Part shown: positions 37,336-47,737 of the stretch, piece by piece
How the letters are laid out: every line of letters begins with the position of its first letter
How positions within the stretch are numbered: the stretch's first letter is position 1
DNA from: a virus
Lineage: Duplodnaviria; Caudoviricetes
Virus record (IMG/VR): IMGVR_UViG_3300027917_000018
Location: 138,976 to 202,975 of that record
Reading direction: 5' to 3' (one strand)
Length of the DNA stretch: 64,000 bases
Translations under genes and position numbers: made by a program
The notes under the pieces: model-generated
Told to the model about the DNA's origin: nothing
What the model saw: only the letters and a program-made list of their open reading frames with translations
Databases searched by the model: none

Positions 37336-38165
37336 CGACGTTCCGGTGCGTACTTCCAGGGTTTGGCCTTGCGGATGGCTTTGGGGTCGGTTTCCCGCTT
37401 GAGGCGTTCGGCGTCGGCCATCAGCTCATGCTTGCGCTGGACCCGTTTGAGCCAATGAAGTCGATCGAGGTAGCTTTCGGACAGCAGTCCGAGTCGAACC
37501 AAGTGCTCCAAATTAAGCAGCATCTGGTTGGGGTCGCGCATGCCACGACGCCAGCGGCGCGGCGGATCGTAAGTCAGAATCCGAATAGCGCGCTCGGGCG
37601 TGATCACATCCTTGCCATCCAGGTGAATCGTGCCGTCGGGCTTGGCGGTGCCGCCGTGAAACTCCAAGGTGCCGTCGGGTTTGATCTTGTCCCCGTTGCC
37701 GAAAGGAATAGCGAACCAGCGTGGGTGCTTTCGCTTGTACTCCGTCCAAATCTTGCCCCGCATTTCATCCGGCCAATGGTAGTTGGCCCAGTGCCAATCC
37801 CCGCCACCGAAGCCGTGCCATCCGCTGATGTTTCTGCCGTAAACAAACCAGTTGTGGGGCAGGAAGGAATTAAGGTGCTGCTTGGTGGTGACGGTCTGCC
37901 ACCGGCCCACGTTGACTTCGACCGTACCGTCCGGCTCATAGGACAGGATGTCGGTTTCGTGGTAGCGCAGCGCGTACTTTCGCTCGGCAGGCCAGTACAG
38001 GTGCCTGATGTTGCGGTGTTCGCCTCTGCGGAATTTGGCCCCGTATCGGTCCCAATCGCGCCAGCGCTTAAACTGGGGCCAGGCGTGCGGGTAGCGAGGC
38101 GCGTGCTTCTTCAGAAACTCGCGGGGCGTCAGCTCGGCTTCCAGAATGTCGAAAGCGCGGCTCAT
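37332..38165 (-). CDS. leader-family protein F, basic
   Basis: MSRAFDILEAELTPREFLKKHAP; YHETDILSYEPDG...GRWQTVTTKQHLN. Confidence 0.7.
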   Translation of the reverse strand: MSRAFDILEAELTPREFLKKHAPRYPHAWPQFKRWRDWDRYGAKFRRGEHRNIRHLYWPAERKYALRYHETDILSYEPDGTVEVNVGRWQTVTTKQHLNSFLPHNWFVYGRNISGWHGFGGGDWHWANYHWPDEMRGKIWTEYKRKHPRWFAIPFGNGDKIKPDGTLEFHGGTAKPDGTIHLDGKDVITPERAIRILTYDPPRRWRRGMRDPNQMLLNLEHLVRLGLLSESYLDRLHWLKRVQRKHELMADAERLKRETDPKAIRKAKPWKYAPERR

Positions 38166-38686
38166 CAATCCAAATCCGGGTTGTACTCGCGCAAGTAGAG
38201 CGCGACATAGTAATAAAGGTTGAAGTCGCCCATCTCGACCATTTCAGCGACCTTTTCCTGGACGGCTTCATTGTACTCCTCGTCGGTCTCGAAGTCGTCT
38301 CGATCCAGTTCGCCCTGAGCTTCTTGGTCCAGCTGACGAACAATTTCGTCGTGGGCGCTGGGCTCGGTGTCTTCAATCTCCTCGACAGTGTCGAGCTTCC
38401 AGTAGGAGGCGGCTTGCTCCAGGGCGTCAGAAGCGGCTTCCGCCGGGTTGTCCCCGGCCCCGACGTAAACATCGTCCCAGTTAGTGAAGGCGGTACCGCG
38501 TCCCTGAAAGTAGTCGGAATTGCATAGGCCGATCTGTTCCCACTCGTATTCCTGCGGGACTTTGTCGTAGCGCTGGTGATGAGGCGTGTGGGGCGCGTGC
38601 TTTTTGAGGAAGTCACGTGGGTTTTCGCCCTCGTCGGCTTCCAACACGGCCCTGGCTAACTGTCGGGCTGCGCTACGGACATCCAT
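38165..38686 (-). CDS. leader-family protein G, acidic
   Basis: ARQLARAVLEADEGENPRDFLKKHAP. Confidence 0.7.
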   Translation of the reverse strand: MDVRSAARQLARAVLEADEGENPRDFLKKHAPHTPHHQRYDKVPQEYEWEQIGLCNSDYFQGRGTAFTNWDDVYVGAGDNPAEAASDALEQAASYWKLDTVEEIEDTEPSAHDEIVRQLDQEAQGELDRDDFETDEEYNEAVQEKVAEMVEMGDFNLYYYVALYLREYNPDLD

Positions 38687-39267
38687 TAAGCTGTTTGCGA
38701 CCGCTGCAATTCCTCGGGCCGGTAGGCGCGGGCAACGGCGGGCTTTTCCGTGCCAAAGCTCAGCTCGTAGGTTCCGTCGTCGCGCACAGCCTTGACCTTG
38801 GCCTGGTAGGCTTTGCCCTCTTCGGCCACCGTCACGTCCTCGCCCACGACCAGCTTCTGGTTGTCGGCAGCTGGAGTCGGATTGGTCGACTGGGGCGTAG
38901 TCGCTGGCGTGGCGGGCTGAGGCGGAGCAGCGGCCTGGCCACTGCCATAGGCGGCAACCTCATTCAACCGGCGGGAGGCATGCTGAAGGGCCACGTCACG
39001 TGGGTCGATCGACTCGGCCTGGCCTTCGGCCTTCTCGGCGGGCTTTTCCTCCGGCACGTCGGCGGCCAGCTCCTGCATCTCGTGGATGCGGGTCTGTTCG
39101 GTCGTGATCATGAGGTAACCGGTTTCAGTGTCCGGCGTGATCCAGCCACGGTTCAAGGCTTCACCGACAGCGTCAGGGCCGATGTCGGCGGTCAAGGCAC
39201 CGGGCATCACCAGACCGGAGGCGCGACGGTAGTTCAGGATTTTGGCGGCAAGTTCGTTCGGCGTCAT
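38686..39267 (-). CDS. hypothetical protein with C-terminal SH3/Tudor-like barrel
   Basis: VGEDVTV...YQAKVKAVRDDGTYELSF after a Pro/Ala linker. Confidence 0.6.
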   Translation of the reverse strand: MTPNELAAKILNYRRASGLVMPGALTADIGPDAVGEALNRGWITPDTETGYLMITTEQTRIHEMQELAADVPEEKPAEKAEGQAESIDPRDVALQHASRRLNEVAAYGSGQAAAPPQPATPATTPQSTNPTPAADNQKLVVGEDVTVAEEGKAYQAKVKAVRDDGTYELSFGTEKPAVARAYRPEELQRSQTA

Positions 39268-39842
39268 AAGTTCGTTGGTGTTTCAGGTTCTCGTTCTCCC
39301 GGAGCGGCAGCAGGAGCCGCAGGGGTGGGCTCTGCGACTCCCGCCTCGGCACCCGGCGCAGCTTCAGGAGATTCTTCACCCGGAGGCGCTTCCTCTTCTG
39401 GACCGAAATCAGTGCCCAGGGGTGGCGTGCTTGCCCCGGCTCCGCCCATAAAGGGCTCGTTTTGGGCCGCGTTTCCGGCGGCGGTAGGCGAGCTGGTAAT
39501 CTCCGTCTTGGCCGAATCCAGGGTGGTGATCAGCCCTTGGAAAAAGGACGCATCGGGCCAGTCCAGCCGGGCGGCGGTGTTGGCCGCTCCGATCAGGTAC
39601 TCGTAGGCGTCAGTGTTCTGGTCCTTGATGTCTTGGGCCTTGAGCCGCCACTGAATCCAGTAATCCCGGATCATCTTGGCGTATTCCGGGTTGGTCTGCT
39701 CGTACTTCTTGGCCAGCTTGTCCAACCGGAAATCCATCTGGTTGTACCAGCGGCTCATCGCGACCGGATTGATGGCTTCCAGGACCTCCTGGGCCTCCGG
39801 GGCGGCGTGCGCCACCGCCAAGTCTTCGTAGCTGTGGTTCAT
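39264..39842 (-). CDS. hypothetical protein with acidic Pro-rich tail
   Basis: Coupled ORF in the same operon. Confidence 0.6.
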   Translation of the reverse strand: MNHSYEDLAVAHAAPEAQEVLEAINPVAMSRWYNQMDFRLDKLAKKYEQTNPEYAKMIRDYWIQWRLKAQDIKDQNTDAYEYLIGAANTAARLDWPDASFFQGLITTLDSAKTEITSSPTAAGNAAQNEPFMGGAGASTPPLGTDFGPEEEAPPGEESPEAAPGAEAGVAEPTPAAPAAAPGEREPETPTNL

Positions 39843-40672
39843 TGGCCAAAAACAGGCGGCTTGGGAATTCGGTGCTTCTTGGGCATACCGGCTATCGGCA
39901 TGTCGACGATCCGGCGGGGTCGCCCGCGCCTGCGAGCGAGGTTCTCGGGCATTGGCGGCTTTTCAGGCTCGGCGGGCTTTTCGGTCGCCCGGCGTTGGTT
40001 GATGGCCTGAATCTGTCCCTTGTTCTTGCAAAATCCGCAGTTGCAGCCGGGAGCGTGCTGCTCCTGGACCAACAGGCGGCTGACGATTTCCTTGGCTTCC
40101 TTGCGGGCCGAGCCTTTGGGCGTGCCGGTTGGACCGGTGCCCGCACTGGGTTTGCCGACGCCCATCGTCTTCTTCCAGGGAGCTTCCGGGTGGGTGACCG
40201 GGTTGTTCGGGTCAGGCTCCATCGGGGTGGTGGCAAACTCGCGGCCTTTCTTGATGACGGCGTCCAGCCCAGCCGAGGGTTTGTCGGCGTCGGTCGTGTC
40301 GGCGAGAGCGATGTCGATGAATCGGATGCGGTAGTCGGTGGGTTCTCCAGTCATGCCCTGGTCGCCCAGGCAAGCGGCCACCCAGCCCTGCTCTGCCAAC
40401 TTCTCCATCGCGTCGGGCTGCGTAAGAACGTTTACGTGGCTGCGGTACTCTTCACCGTCGTTGCAAAGCAATGCCATGCCCTCCGGGTCCAGCTCCAGGC
40501 CGTCGCCGACCTCGATGCCCAGGGACTTAAGCGCCTTGGCCAGGGGTGTTTTCTTGGCCCGCAATGGATTTTCCTCGGCCTGCTCGAAGATTCGCTCCAT
40601 CGCCTCGCGACATTCTTCCAGCTCGGCCTCCATCTGTGAGTCGCCGAACAGGTATGCCAGCATCTTGTTCAT
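39839..40672 (-). CDS. hypothetical protein (possible prohead core-type)
   Basis: E-rich N-terminus, HxxGCxCGFC, Pro/Lys tail; GTAGTTAGG motif upstream. Confidence 0.6.
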   Translation of the reverse strand: MNKMLAYLFGDSQMEAELEECREAMERIFEQAEENPLRAKKTPLAKALKSLGIEVGDGLELDPEGMALLCNDGEEYRSHVNVLTQPDAMEKLAEQGWVAACLGDQGMTGEPTDYRIRFIDIALADTTDADKPSAGLDAVIKKGREFATTPMEPDPNNPVTHPEAPWKKTMGVGKPSAGTGPTGTPKGSARKEAKEIVSRLLVQEQHAPGCNCGFCKNKGQIQAINQRRATEKPAEPEKPPMPENLARRRGRPRRIVDMPIAGMPKKHRIPKPPVFGQ

Positions 40673-40678
40673 TTGTTC

Positions 40679-41182
40679 CTAACTACTCTCCTTGCGTCGG
40701 CGTTCAGCCTCGGCGATCTGAGCCTGGATAATCGGGGCTAGGCGCGGCGGATCGTAGCTTGGCCCTTTCATCCATTTGCCGTCCTCCCGCAGGAACCCGT
40801 CGATGAACTTGGTCATGTTGGAGCGGTGGACCTCTTCCCAGCCAGGTTCCAGCTCCAGCCCCAGGGCGATGGCTGTGCCGACGGCGAAAACGAGGATGTC
40901 CAGGACGGCGTCGTAGGCGTCGCGGAGGTTTGTCTCGGGTTCCAGCTGAACGGACGCGTAGGGCGATGGGTTGGCGTCCACGCCGTAAAAGCGGACCCCA
41001 TTGGCCCGGTTTCGTTCCATCCGAATGTCCACGTCCAGGGCGTCGCACAGCTCCAGCAGCTCTTCAGCAAGCGTGCGGCAGCGCAGAGCGCAGACATCGC
41101 GGCTGGGCATGCCGGGCATGTCCGGCACGTCCTGGTGGGCGTTTCGCATGAATTCTCGGATTTGTTCTTGGGCTTTTTTCAT
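40679..41182 (-). CDS. MazG-like / PRA-PH nucleoside triphosphate pyrophosphohydrolase
   Basis: LAEELLEL, DAVLDILV, EEVHRSNMTK, REDGKWMKG. Confidence 0.88.
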   Translation of the reverse strand: MKKAQEQIREFMRNAHQDVPDMPGMPSRDVCALRCRTLAEELLELCDALDVDIRMERNRANGVRFYGVDANPSPYASVQLEPETNLRDAYDAVLDILVFAVGTAIALGLELEPGWEEVHRSNMTKFIDGFLREDGKWMKGPSYDPPRLAPIIQAQIAEAERRRKESS

Positions 41183-42807
41183 TGGCGTATCCATTTCAGG
41201 GCTGCCCGCCACCAGGCGGGAAACATCTCTTCGTAGTCTCTCCACAGCATGCGGAAATCGCTGTCGGTCACGTAGGTCGTTCCGTAGTCCTCTTCGCTGC
41301 GACAGATTCTACCGGACGCCTGGACGATGGTCATAACCGTGCGCATGGCGTACCAGGCCGGGTCCACGTCCCGTTTGGCGGCGACCTGCCGGTCCCCTAG
41401 ATACGGGTAGGGCACCTTGGCGATGACCTGCCAGCGCGCTGAGTCGCCGATGAAGTCAAAGCCTTCCGTAAACGAGGGACTGATGATGACCGTGGGCTGA
41501 GGGCTCGTCAGATGAAATTTGTAAACGTTGTCGCGTTCCTGCGCTTTGGTCGGGAACAAGACGCGATCCGTGGTTGCCGACAAGTGCTCGTAAATCGCCT
41601 TGCCTAGCTTGTAGCTGTTGCAGTGGATGATGCCTTTTTCGTCCTTGTGCGTGTTCAAAATCTTCACCAGGACTTTGAGCAGCCTGGGCAATGTCGCTTC
41701 CTGCTCACGGCGTCCCATGCTGCCTATGGGCGCGATAAAAATGGGTCTATGTTCCACAGGGAACACGCTGCCCAGGGTCAGCATGGCCGTCCGGCTGGGG
41801 TCAAGTCCAAGGGTCCGGCAGAAGACATCCTTTGATCCTGGGTAGGCGCTCATGTAGATGCGGACCTTGGCGGCACTTTCGATCAGCTGCTGAAAAAATC
41901 CGGCGGCGTAGAGCGGTTTGGCGAAAGCCGTGCGATTTCCGTAGCCGGTCCATGCCCCTTCCTCGGTCCAGAAAACCCAGTTGTCGGGGTCCTCCACGAA
42001 GCTTTTCACCGCGTTGAGCACCTTGCCCGCTTGTGATTGGAGTTCCTGCTTTTCCCGAGCCTGCGCGCTGGTCAGGTTTTTACCGAATTTCTCCAGCGTG
42101 GATTCCAAGTCAGGCAAATAGGCTTCGGCCAGCCATTGCCCAAATTCATCCAGGTCGCGCAAGTTGGGCACCGGCCCTGCGGTTCTGGCGTACTTTTCCA
42201 ACTGGTCAGGCCCGACAACGACCTCGACGAACTGGAGAAGCTGATTCTCCAGCGTGTGGCACTCGTCGGCGATGAGCAGCCGCCGTGTGGGGAGCTGATC
42301 CTCATTAAAGGTTCTGCACGTGAAAAACCACGGATAGTTGGTGATGCCGCAATCCGAAACCAGAAACCTGGCCAGTTGATTACTGTACGTGCATTGGCGC
42401 TCCCGGAATTTTTGGCAAATTGGTTGGTGGCTGAGCCCGGCGGCGCAGCTACCGTGAGCGCGGCATTCGTAGGAGGTTGAGCTTTTGATGGAAACCGCCC
42501 GGCTTAAGTGCGGCGGGTAGCGCGTGATGTCATTTTCCAGTTGGTCCTGGAGCATCTTCTGCGTGCAAAGATAGTAAGCGCCTTTGGCTGCCTCGACAGG
42601 GAACGGCTCCTGGGCCGCCCAAAGCCCTGCGGCGATCCCGATGGCCGACTTCCCGACGCCGGTAGGGGCGCTGACGATGATGTCCTTGAACCCGCGTTCG
42701 ACCATGCGCCCGATGAAGTCCAGGGCCTTTGCTTGCTTGTTACGGATCGCGGGCAAAGGAAAGAAATCCTCCGGGCACTGTCTCGGCATCACTACGGGCG
42801 CGCTCAT
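41179..42807 (-). CDS. DinG/Rad3-family helicase with 4-Cys FeS region
   Basis: APTGVGKS, DECH, IIHCNSY, TEGFDF, QASGRICRS; C..C..C..C cluster. Confidence 0.9.
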   Translation of the reverse strand: MSAPVVMPRQCPEDFFPLPAIRNKQAKALDFIGRMVERGFKDIIVSAPTGVGKSAIGIAAGLWAAQEPFPVEAAKGAYYLCTQKMLQDQLENDITRYPPHLSRAVSIKSSTSYECRAHGSCAAGLSHQPICQKFRERQCTYSNQLARFLVSDCGITNYPWFFTCRTFNEDQLPTRRLLIADECHTLENQLLQFVEVVVGPDQLEKYARTAGPVPNLRDLDEFGQWLAEAYLPDLESTLEKFGKNLTSAQAREKQELQSQAGKVLNAVKSFVEDPDNWVFWTEEGAWTGYGNRTAFAKPLYAAGFFQQLIESAAKVRIYMSAYPGSKDVFCRTLGLDPSRTAMLTLGSVFPVEHRPIFIAPIGSMGRREQEATLPRLLKVLVKILNTHKDEKGIIHCNSYKLGKAIYEHLSATTDRVLFPTKAQERDNVYKFHLTSPQPTVIISPSFTEGFDFIGDSARWQVIAKVPYPYLGDRQVAAKRDVDPAWYAMRTVMTIVQASGRICRSEEDYGTTYVTDSDFRMLWRDYEEMFPAWWRAALKWIRQ

Positions 42808-42833
42808 CGCTGCGTTAGAACGGTATTTAGAGC

Positions 42834-43238
42834 GTGAATCGGCTGTACCCGAACGCAAAAGAGCTTTTCGCGACCAAGCAGCTTAGCTGGACGAACGACG
42901 CCATCGTCTGCATCCTGGTAGACACTGGCGTTTACACCTACAGCGACGCGCACCAAACCCTGGCCGATATTCCCTCCACAGGAACCGTGGCGGTTTCTGG
43001 CACAATGACCGGTCGCGTAGCACCTTTAGGGGTGTGTGATGCCGACGACGTGTCATACCCGATTGTCCCCATCGGCCCGAATGTTGAGGCGTGTGTGCTG
43101 GCTGTTAATAGCGGCACGGTCGCGACGAGTTTCCTTGTGGCCTACCTGGATCAGGCCGCCGGTCTGCCCTTCAGCCCGGACGGCGGCCCGGCGGTCATCG
43201 CGTGGGACAACGGGACGAACCGCCTCTTTGCCTTGTAA
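42834..43238 (+). CDS. tail-associated structural protein
   Basis: ILVD..Y...H..LADI...GVCDADD...LVAYLD..GLP..P.G...W pattern typical of phage tail genes. Confidence 0.6.
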   Translation: MNRLYPNAKELFATKQLSWTNDAIVCILVDTGVYTYSDAHQTLADIPSTGTVAVSGTMTGRVAPLGVCDADDVSYPIVPIGPNVEACVLAVNSGTVATSFLVAYLDQAAGLPFSPDGGPAVIAWDNGTNRLFAL

Positions 43239-43254
43239 TGCCGTTCTAAAACGC

Positions 43255-43482
43255 ATGCCTCGCGAGAGCTATGAATTGCAGGCGGCTGCGCTAAAAAAGC
43301 TGTTGGAGAAGGCCGACGTGGATTCCTCGGACCTTCGCCACTTGCGCAACGCGGTCCGTAATCTTGAGCATCTGGCTGCGCTGCGGAGGGCCATCGTGGA
43401 AGGTGAAATGGACCCCGACGTGCTTTCCGACAAGATCATCCATATTCTGCACTTGCCGCGAGAGGACGTAGTTAAGGCGTGA
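43255..43482 (+). CDS. small helical hypothetical protein
   Basis: MPRESYELQ; GTTCT 7 nt upstream. Confidence 0.55.
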   Translation: MPRESYELQAAALKKLLEKADVDSSDLRHLRNAVRNLEHLAALRRAIVEGEMDPDVLSDKIIHILHLPREDVVKA

Positions 43483-43910
43483 CCGGCAAAGAACTGGCTG
43501 GACGTGTCCTCGAAGGCGAATCTCCCCGCGAGATTTTGCGCCGGATTGCGCGTACCAACCCGCCCCAGCCGCCGATGTCCGAGGTCGATTTTGATGTGGA
43601 GGCTGAAGAGGAATATGACCGGCCTGAAGGGCACTTCACCGAACCCGAAGACGTTGAGTGGGTTCGGGACCAGATCGAGGCAGGCAATGAGTGGGGCTGG
43701 TGTTCCGCGCACGTGATCGCGACCTGGACTGATCCCCTCACTTACCGGACCTATCAGGGCGACCAGTACCTGGGCGGCTGTTCCTACCGCAGCAAGCAGG
43801 ACTTCATGGAGCCTGGCGGCTACTATGACGACATGAAGGAAGAGGCTTACCAGGACCTGTTGCGCAACATCGAGGACACCTGGGAGCCGCCCGAGGACGA
43901 CGAGGAATAG
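43479..43910 (+). CDS. leader-family protein H, acidic
   Basis: MTGKELAGRVLEGESPREIL; YLGGCSY...GGYYDDM. Confidence 0.7.
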   Translation: MTGKELAGRVLEGESPREILRRIARTNPPQPPMSEVDFDVEAEEEYDRPEGHFTEPEDVEWVRDQIEAGNEWGWCSAHVIATWTDPLTYRTYQGDQYLGGCSYRSKQDFMEPGGYYDDMKEEAYQDLLRNIEDTWEPPEDDEE

Positions 43911-43913
43911 ATT

Positions 43914-46274
43914 ATGGCCACTGAGAGCACACTTCGATACCTCAAGTACGACTACCAGTCGCACAAGGACGCGCTGCTCCAGCGAGTCCGAAGCCGATGG
44001 CCGCTTGTCTGGAACGACTTCCTGAACAACAGCTTTGGCATCGTCCTGGTGGACATCATGGCCTGGTGTACGGCCACGATCGCTTTTCTGATTAACCGCG
44101 TGGCGGGCGAGCTTTTTGTCGGCTCGATGACGCTCCGTGAGTCCGCCGTGGCGCTAGGCCAGAATTACGGGTATCAGCTGCGCGGCCCGACTCCGGCTAC
44201 CGTGGCCTGTGAAGCGACGTTGACCAGCGTCCAGGCCGCCACGGTGACCATTCAGAAGGGCACACTTTTGCGGACCGCAGACGACAACGCGCTGCCCTTT
44301 GAGGTCGTTGAAGACTACATTATCGAGCCCGGCGAGCTTTCGCCCAAAGAGGTTGTTGTTCAGATCGCTCCCGGCCTCGCGGGCGCGAATACGCTGGCAA
44401 CCACGGCGGTCGTGACCAACGGCTCCAGCAACGTGGACCTGACAGACAGTGCCATTGACCTCAACCAGTACGTCGAGGCGGGCCAGACTTTCCAGGTCGA
44501 TGGCAGCGCCGACGAATACACAATCTACGCCGTTGAGGCGGCACCCGGCGCGGTCAGCAACAACCGTATCGTCCTGGCGGAGCCCTATACCGGGGCTTCG
44601 TCGGTTGTGAACGCTGCGGTCTACGACAAGCGCATCCTGCTGGTTCAAGGCCAAACCGTTAACGACCAGTACGTGTCCCCGGCGGGCGAAACGCCAAACT
44701 ACGCGGTTAAGCTCAGCCGGACGCCGGTCATCCAGGGCAGTGTTGAGGTTTTGGTCAACGATGAGGCGTGGAGCGAAACGCAGAACATCGCCGCCGAGGA
44801 CAGCGACGCGAAGGTGTTTGTCGTCAAGACCTTCGCCACGGGCGAGACGGTGATCGAGTTTGGCGACGATTCCTTTGGCGCGCAGATTCCGCCCGAGGCG
44901 GCGGTGGACATCGACTACCGGGTTGGCGGCGGAATCGACGGCAACGTTGAGCTGAACGCCATCAGTACCAGCGTTACGGGCCTGATCCAGAGCACGGCCA
45001 GCCCCGTCACCATCACCGTCATCAACAGCACGTCGCCCGGCCAGGGCGGGCGCGACGCCGAGACGCTGGAGGAAGCCCGGACCAACATCCCCTATTACGT
45101 CCGCACCAACGACCGGGCGGTCACGCTGGACGACTATCAGACGGTTACTCAGGGCTTCACGAGCGCCCAGTACGGCAGCGTGGCCTACGCCAGGGCCACG
45201 GTCAGGACCGAGAACGCGCTGCTGGAGGGCAATGTAGTCAGCATCTACGCTTGGACCACGGGGAGCGCGGGCGGCTTGGTGTCGCTGTCTCCGCAGCTCA
45301 AGCAGGCCGTGAAGGACTTCGTCCAAGGCAAGGCGGTGGGCACCGACTACGTGCAGATTTTGGACGGATCGGCGGTGCCGGTTCCGCTAAGCCTGCGCTT
45401 CAAAGTTCTGAGCGGCTTCAGTGTCACGGACACGGCGCAGCTCGTAAACGATACCATCACAGCCACCGTCAATACGCTTCGGCCAGGCCAGCCGCTCATC
45501 TACTCGAACTTTGTCCGCAGCCTCGATGAGGTCTTTGGTGTCGATACGGTCAACATGGCCACGCCGACCAGCGACCTTTATCCCAGCACGTCAACGGAGC
45601 TGTTTACGATTCCGCAGCCGGATTACGTTTACACACTGACGCGTGACGGTGTGGGAAATCCCGTTTACAGCGCCACCGACGGAACAAACATCAGCCTCTA
45701 CCAGGCGCAGCTCCCGGTGTTCCCGCTGGAGGCGTGGTCTTTCAGGCTGTTCCTCGGCAGCAATGAGCTGACTGTTGTGCCCGGTTTGATCCCCGGCGAG
45801 GCGTTGCTCCTGGGCAGTAACCTGAGCGTAAACACCACACGGGTCGACGGTGTTTACATTTACAGCTCCACGGTCAACTTGCTCACAGGCAGGGTAAATC
45901 TCTGGCTGGTCGGTGCTCCGGGCGATCTGACGATGAAGCTCGTGCCGGTGACGGGCTATGCCACCGAGCGTGTGGTCGACGTTTACGTTGGCTACGAGGG
46001 AGACAACAGCCAGACCAAGCGCCGCGAGATTCGCGCCGCGATCCGGGCTTGGAGCGACGGCCTCACTGTGGGCGGCACGATGTACGGCGTTCAGGTGGCT
46101 GGCGTAACCAGCAGCCGGTCCTGTATCGAGGAGGTTGTTTCGTCCGTGGACGGTGTTGATGTGGTCAACCGTGTGGCCTTGGATACCCCGGCCAATACCG
46201 CTGACCGGATCACGGCCATCGATTTTGAGCTGTTGCGCGTTGGAAACGTCGTTCTCAATAATCAGATCGACTGA
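43914..46274 (+). CDS. baseplate wedge protein (T4 gp6 / baseplate J-like)
   Basis: N-terminal DYQSHK...WNDF...E.F..S..LRES...GY; FGDDSFG; YRVGGG; GGRDAETLEEAR; RAVTLDDY. Confidence 0.88.
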   Translation: MATESTLRYLKYDYQSHKDALLQRVRSRWPLVWNDFLNNSFGIVLVDIMAWCTATIAFLINRVAGELFVGSMTLRESAVALGQNYGYQLRGPTPATVACEATLTSVQAATVTIQKGTLLRTADDNALPFEVVEDYIIEPGELSPKEVVVQIAPGLAGANTLATTAVVTNGSSNVDLTDSAIDLNQYVEAGQTFQVDGSADEYTIYAVEAAPGAVSNNRIVLAEPYTGASSVVNAAVYDKRILLVQGQTVNDQYVSPAGETPNYAVKLSRTPVIQGSVEVLVNDEAWSETQNIAAEDSDAKVFVVKTFATGETVIEFGDDSFGAQIPPEAAVDIDYRVGGGIDGNVELNAISTSVTGLIQSTASPVTITVINSTSPGQGGRDAETLEEARTNIPYYVRTNDRAVTLDDYQTVTQGFTSAQYGSVAYARATVRTENALLEGNVVSIYAWTTGSAGGLVSLSPQLKQAVKDFVQGKAVGTDYVQILDGSAVPVPLSLRFKVLSGFSVTDTAQLVNDTITATVNTLRPGQPLIYSNFVRSLDEVFGVDTVNMATPTSDLYPSTSTELFTIPQPDYVYTLTRDGVGNPVYSATDGTNISLYQAQLPVFPLEAWSFRLFLGSNELTVVPGLIPGEALLLGSNLSVNTTRVDGVYIYSSTVNLLTGRVNLWLVGAPGDLTMKLVPVTGYATERVVDVYVGYEGDNSQTKRREIRAAIRAWSDGLTVGGTMYGVQVAGVTSSRSCIEEVVSSVDGVDVVNRVALDTPANTADRITAIDFELLRVGNVVLNNQID

Positions 46275-46279
46275 CGCGC

Positions 46280-47020
46280 ATGCCAAAAACGTTTACGCCA
46301 AGACAGGACTGCCAAATCAAGGGATTGGGCGGCATTTACGACGAGTACTTTTACCAGCGGACCAACGGGCAGTTCGTTGAGGTTGGTGCCTTTGACGGGG
46401 CCAGCTACAGCAACACGGTCTTTCTGGCTGAGTGTGGCTGGAAGGGCCTTTACATCGAGGCCCATCCTGAGTTCGCCAAGGTCTGCGCCAACAACCACAA
46501 GGACCGGCCCAACGTCAAAGTGCTGTCATGTGCGGTCGGTGATCGAACCACTGAGGTCAAGCTTTACGAAATCGGGGAATGCTCCACGGTGAAGTGGGAC
46601 AAAAGCGCCGTGGATTGGGGCGGCTCCAAGGAGCGGTTTGTGCGGGTCCAAATGCGCAAGCTGGACGACATCCTTAAGGAAGAGCAGATCGAGCCTGATT
46701 TCGAGCTGCTGATCATCGACGTGGAGCAGGCCGAATTGGAGGTTTTGGCCGGTTTTGACCTCAAACGGTGGCACCCGCAAATGGTGATCGTCGAAACCCA
46801 CGAGCAGGACCCAGCGCCGGAACGCAACTGGAAGGCTAGGCCCATCCGCAAGCTTTTCATCGAGGCCGGTTACCGGGTGATCTATACCGACGCGATCAAC
46901 AGCGTGTTCGTACAGGGCCTCTCCTATGTGAAGCCCGGCACCACAACCAGCATCATCAGCATAGGCCCTGACGGGCGGCAGGAATGGCACGCGTCAGAAG
47001 ACGACGCCGGGGTGAAGTGA
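46280..47020 (+). CDS. FkbM-family methyltransferase
   Basis: FVEVGAFDG..YSNT, GWKGLYIEA, LIIDVE. Confidence 0.88.
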   Translation: MPKTFTPRQDCQIKGLGGIYDEYFYQRTNGQFVEVGAFDGASYSNTVFLAECGWKGLYIEAHPEFAKVCANNHKDRPNVKVLSCAVGDRTTEVKLYEIGECSTVKWDKSAVDWGGSKERFVRVQMRKLDDILKEEQIEPDFELLIIDVEQAELEVLAGFDLKRWHPQMVIVETHEQDPAPERNWKARPIRKLFIEAGYRVIYTDAINSVFVQGLSYVKPGTTTSIISIGPDGRQEWHASEDDAGVK

Positions 47021-47734
47021 GTTGAGCCGGGTGTTGTCGCGCTTGGAGATTTCGGACGTGTAAAAGGTGGTGTCGATGATGCGCCCGAACTTGGCGTGGG
47101 TCAGATCGGTGCCCAACGCTCCGTTTACGAAACCCAGCTTGGTGGCCCTGGCCCCGTAGTCATCCCACACGTAGAAAGCATGGTAGTTCTGGTCCAGCAT
47201 GCCGACCGTTTCGACCAGGCGCTTGTGGTAGATGACGGGGCCGCTGTTTAGGAATGGCCTCGGAGCGAATTCACCGATGGCCAGCTTGCGGTGAACAGCG
47301 GACGCGGTCCACGGGCTCCCGACAAAGTCGGCGTAGCCCTTGCGGTAACCGTCCCGGCCCGTGACAACGCCCAGGCGTTCGCCGTGCTCTTTCCAAGCTT
47401 CCTCCAGGCCCACCAGCGGGCCGTTCAGGTGCTGGTCGTCCTGGATGACCACCAGCAGCTCGCTCGGGTCATGCTTGAAGAAAGCCTTGAGCAGCTCATT
47501 GTGCCCGCCGACCTCGCGCACTTCCGTTTCGGTCTCGATGAAGTCGAACGTATGCCCGCGATTGCTAATCCAGAACTCGGTCATCGCCTCGAAGGCCCTG
47601 GCCGAGCCGTCCTGGCAGGCGTCGAAGCAAAAGACGATGTGGGAATTGGGCGGAGCGGCCAGGCTGATGCCGTCGAGCAGCCACGCAATCATGTCCACCT
47701 TGTTCCAAACCACGCACCCGAACATCAGTTTCAT
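46994..47734 (-). CDS. glycosyltransferase (GT-A fold, GT2-like)
   Basis: FDACQDGS, IQDD, YVWDDY. Confidence 0.8.
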   Translation of the reverse strand: MKLMFGCVVWNKVDMIAWLLDGISLAAPPNSHIVFCFDACQDGSARAFEAMTEFWISNRGHTFDFIETETEVREVGGHNELLKAFFKHDPSELLVVIQDDQHLNGPLVGLEEAWKEHGERLGVVTGRDGYRKGYADFVGSPWTASAVHRKLAIGEFAPRPFLNSGPVIYHKRLVETVGMLDQNYHAFYVWDDYGARATKLGFVNGALGTDLTHAKFGRIIDTTFYTSEISKRDNTRLNSLHPGVVF

Positions 47735-47737
47735 ACC

